A stretch of DNA of 64,000 nucleotides from NCBI GenBank assembly GCA_047601445.1, contig JASGJH010000001.1, positions 5,312,001-5,376,000 on the forward strand, given 5' to 3'. Under the pieces are notes generated by a model that saw only the letters and a list, made by a program, of their open reading frames with translations, had not been told where the DNA came from and searched no databases. This document shows positions 61,160 through 64,000 of the stretch, piece by piece. The DNA is from Myxococcales bacterium (lineage in GTDB: Bacteria; Myxococcota_A; Polyangia; Polyangiales; DASUME01). The position numbers and the translations under genes were made by a program. Numbering within the stretch: position 1 is the first letter of the stretch; the number at the start of each line of letters is the position of its first letter.

Positions 61160-61321
61160 GGAGGGTTCCCTTCTCGCGAAGAAATGGGCCGCAAGGCTAG
61201 ATCGGCAAAGGTTCTATCCTGCGTGGGTGCGCTTGAATGTAGGTACTTCTTGGGACCTATCGGGCGAGGCTCTGCGCCGTCCGTTGATCGGCTCCGGCGT
61301 TCGTTCAGCGTTCGCAGTTCG

Positions 61322-61837
61322 TCATGCAAGGCGCACGATCAACACCCGCCGACTCCCCGCTCCAGTCTTGCGTAGCAAGCTCGCAACCTGATGCTCGATC
61401 GTACGCTCGCTCACGCCGCGTCGCTGGGCGATCGCGCGGTTCGAGTAGCCCTCCTTCAACAACTGCAACACCGCGGCTTCGCTGTGAGTCAACGAGGGCG
61501 GGGGCGGCAGGGAGTGGGGCGCGCGCAGAGCTCCGCCCACGCGCAGGAGATCCTGGCGGTTTCGAAAGCCCAGTTTGCGTACCGCACGCGTGAATGCCTC
61601 CGAAACACGTGAAGCTTGCACTCCCAGGGCGTAGGCGATGCTCTTGGCCGAGCGACCTTCGAGCATCTGGCTCACCACGGTGCTCTCGCGCAGCGTCAGC
61701 GCGCGAGCGGCTCGCGCGGGCGGGGGATTGACGAGCACGCGGTACCGCGCTGGTTCGGATGCGGGCCCCTGCTCGACCAAGCTCCAGTGGCCTTCCACGA
61801 GCCGTTGCCACGCGTCAGCGGTGGAAGTGGCCCCCAT
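61322..61837 (-). CDS. Regulator with two LuxR-type HTH domains
   Basis: LTLRE..GRSAKSIAYALG and LTHSE..GYSNRAIA..SERTIEHQV; start uncertain. Confidence 0.82.
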   Translation of the reverse strand: MGATSTADAWQRLVEGHWSLVEQGPASEPARYRVLVNPPPARAARALTLRESTVVSQMLEGRSAKSIAYALGVQASRVSEAFTRAVRKLGFRNRQDLLRVGGALRAPHSLPPPPSLTHSEAAVLQLLKEGYSNRAIAQRRGVSERTIEHQVASLLRKTGAGSRRVLIVRLA

Positions 61838-61926
61838 CGGGTGCGCTGGCGGGGCCTCGAACTGAAGCGAACCGTCGGGCCTGATGTGGTTGGTTTCCCA
61901 TTCGGTTGTTGCCACGCGGTGGCAAT

Positions 61927-61942
61927 GGCAACTCGCGTGCCG
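61927..61942 (-). promoter_or_regulatory. Sigma54 promoter candidate for the LuxR gene
   Basis: CGGCACGCGAGTTGCC matches the GGCACG-N4-TTGC consensus. Confidence 0.65.
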
Positions 61943-62113
61943 CTGCCGAAGGTTCGGAGAGAGCGGAAAAAGGGGGCGATTTGGGCGGGCGCGAGGGCCT
62001 GCCGTGGAACCTTGGCCGTGTGCGGCCGCTGCACTTGGCCAGGCGTGGCCAGCCTCGGCCGGCGCCGGCCAAAGACGACCTAGAAAAAGGCGGGCCGGCG
62101 CACTACAGATGGG

Positions 62114-63913
<1,800 letters not shown>

Positions 63914-64000
63914 GGCGATCACGGCGGCCGAACGCGGGCACGTCCCCGCAACGCGTTCAGGGTGCCGCTGCGCATCCATGAGCTGAAGGATGCGCACGAT

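Overview
GC-rich bacterial chromosome segment. The Cys-rich lipoproteins, FHA/Ser-Thr kinase pair and FHA-sigma54 activator point to a myxobacterium (inference). It holds about 50 genes, with no rRNA, tRNA, CRISPR array or intact transposase visible. Housekeeping genes are hisD and lon. The main theme (about 10-38.6 kb) is sugar-cleaving genes (GH36, GH38, GH13, ROK, galT, galK) sharing apparent operons or neighbourhoods with lipid/sterol-handling genes (FadL-like channel, SCP2, START, cholesterol oxidase-like GMC, BVMO, ALDH), suggesting a glycolipid/steryl-glycoside scavenging system. Signals not shown by the ORF track: (1) an internally deleted four-helix-bundle gene enclosed by hexamer-rich inverted repeats at 27.74-28.04 kb; (2) two +1 frameshifts at the same AGATCT->AGATTCT site; (3) a structured-RNA candidate with a GNRA loop after lon; (4) a dispersed intergenic repeat at 2.3 and 44.9 kb; (5) an L,D-transpeptidase pseudogene; (6) a sigma54 promoter with 10-bp-phased GGCC boxes. 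All family calls are by eye from motifs; no database searches were run.
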